DNA from: Promethearchaeota archaeon
Lineage (GTDB): Archaea > Asgardarchaeota > Lokiarchaeia > Sigyniarchaeales > SOKP01
Length of the DNA: 27,438 bases
Reading direction: 5' to 3'
Assembly (NCBI GenBank): GCA_008080735.1
Contig: SHMW01000058.1
Location: forward strand, 1-27,438
The notes beneath the pieces are model-generated. The model did no database searches and was not told where the DNA came from. It saw only the letters and a list, made by a program, of their open reading frames with translations. The position numbers were made by a program, and so were the translations under genes. Positions 26,271 through 27,438 of the stretch are shown piece by piece. Position 1 is the first letter of the stretch; every line of letters begins with the position of its first letter.

Positions 26271-27438
26271 TTATCGAATCGGTAAAATTAAAGAATTTTA
26301 TATCCCACGAAAGAAGTGAGATTGAATTTCCGTTGGGTGTGTCAATTTTAGTGGGACCAAATGGAGCGGGAAAATCTGCGGTAATTGATGCGATTTTGTA
26401 TGCGCTGACAGGGAGCCGAGTACGTGGTGAAAAAATGGAGGATCTTATTCGCGAAGATAGTCGAGAAATGGAGATTGGGTTAGCTTTTCGATTAGATGGC
26501 ATAAAACATACAATTGAACGACAAAGGAAGCTCATAGGGACGCCCGACGCTAAATTACGCATTAATGGATCCATGGTCGCAAATAGTCAAACGGAAGTCT
26601 CGAGGGAGATAATGGACCGCCTCCAGATGGACGAGGATACCATCATCAATTCGGTTTTCATCCGACAAGGAGAGATTACCGCACTTTTAGAAGCCGATCC
26701 CGCCGAAAGAAAAGAATTGATCGGAAAACTTATCGGATTGGACAAGCTTGATAAAGCATATGTAAACATGCGACAATTAATCAGTCATTTCGAAAAAGAA
26801 GTCGATAAATTTGATGGAGTAAAGCGAGAAATTGAAGTGCGGAGGGAATCCAAGCAAAAAACTCTGGACAAGATTAACTCACTTCAGAAGGAAATTGATG
26901 ATCTGCAAGAACAGCTGGAAGCGAAGGAAAAAGAATTACAAGAGGCTCAAAAGAGCATAGACACATGGGAAAAGAAAGAAAAGAAGTATACCGAGCTTAC
27001 AGAGCAAATTTCGGTATTGAAGGAAAGGATTTCCGCGAACCAAGACAAACTAAAGAGCGAGAAGGAATCTTTGGAGGAGGCGGAAAAAGCTAAAGAAGAA
27101 ATGGAAAAAATACAACCTAAAATCCAGATTATTGATACCTTGGAATCCTATATTGAATCACTCGATACAAAAGAGAACTTAGGGAAGGAACTGGATGCGA
27201 TACAAAAAGAGCTAAAGAAAGTTAAAGGGCTACTTGAGCAACAACATCAGAATCAAAAGGAACATGAATTATATATACAAAGGGAGCAAGAGCTTGCGGA
27301 TGCAAAAGATAAACGCAAAACACTGGAAGGGGCCCAATCTAAATATGCTGAAATTATCACCGAATTGAACCATACCCAAGAAGATATTAAAAGTGCTGAG
27401 GAAACCATTTCAACCATTTCAGACGAGGCTAAGAAGTT
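26267..27438 (+). CDS. rad50: Rad50 SMC-like ATPase (partial; runs off the right edge)
   Basis: The ATG overlaps the mre11 stop (ATGA). Translation begins MIIESVKLKNFISH...ILVGPNGAGKSAVIDAILYAL, has Q-loop FIRQGEI, then coiled coil. GGAGGTG upstream. Not in the ORF track because it has no stop in the window. Confidence 0.96.
   Translation, partial: MIIESVKLKNFISHERSEIEFPLGVSILVGPNGAGKSAVIDAILYALTGSRVRGEKMEDLIREDSREMEIGLAFRLDGIKHTIERQRKLIGTPDAKLRINGSMVANSQTEVSREIMDRLQMDEDTIINSVFIRQGEITALLEADPAERKELIGKLIGLDKLDKAYVNMRQLISHFEKEVDKFDGVKREIEVRRESKQKTLDKINSLQKEIDDLQEQLEAKEKELQEAQKSIDTWEKKEKKYTELTEQISVLKERISANQDKLKSEKESLEEAEKAKEEMEKIQPKIQIIDTLESYIESLDTKENLGKELDAIQKELKKVKGLLEQQHQNQKEHELYIQREQELADAKDKRKTLEGAQSKYAEIITELNHTQEDIKSAEETISTISDEAKK

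Noticed and set aside
453-26769. Short ORF-track entries overlapping larger genes (e.g. 453-716, 7905-8186, 8254-8607, 11157-11564, 13660-13887, 22330-22659, 24853-25137, 26089-26574, 26587-26769)
   Set aside because: They are antisense or off-frame shadows of well-supported genes and have no recognisable motifs.
1-27438. tRNA, rRNA, integrase or att sites
   Set aside because: No cloverleaf, GC-rich structural RNA or recombinase gene was recognised by eye. A tRNAscan/Infernal run would be needed to exclude them.

Overview
This is an AT-rich archaeal chromosomal window. The gene content and archaeal BRE/TATA promoters are compatible with an Asgard (Lokiarchaeia-like) genome, but that taxonomy is an inference. 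From left to right: a 5'-truncated IS200/IS605 tnpB remnant, a ferredoxin, an RNase Z-like MBL hydrolase, and a multi-TM EEP protein resembling Cwh43/PGAP2IP that shares a compact bidirectional promoter with an M20 peptidase. Next come a radical SAM-HhH + DUF4130 DNA repair/modification pair, both ending in PCNA PIP-box-like motifs, then a GH94-like glycoside phosphorylase divergent from a UroD/MtaA-family gene, and a stand-alone WYL protein. These are followed by a membrane protein with a perfect internal duplication (78-bp period) and a CARDB/beta-helix surface protein split by one in-frame TGA and followed by a decayed copy of its own 3' end. The right part holds an Fe-S-less (6-4)-type photolyase, a stand-alone Smr protein, a TPR-NYN (Regnase/PRORP-like) RNase, a micro-ORF, a DEDD/RNase H-like exonuclease, and a GC-richer nurA-herA-mre11-rad50 operon running off the right edge. 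The window is unusually dense in DNA/RNA damage-processing genes. All family calls come from motifs recognised by eye, not from database searches.
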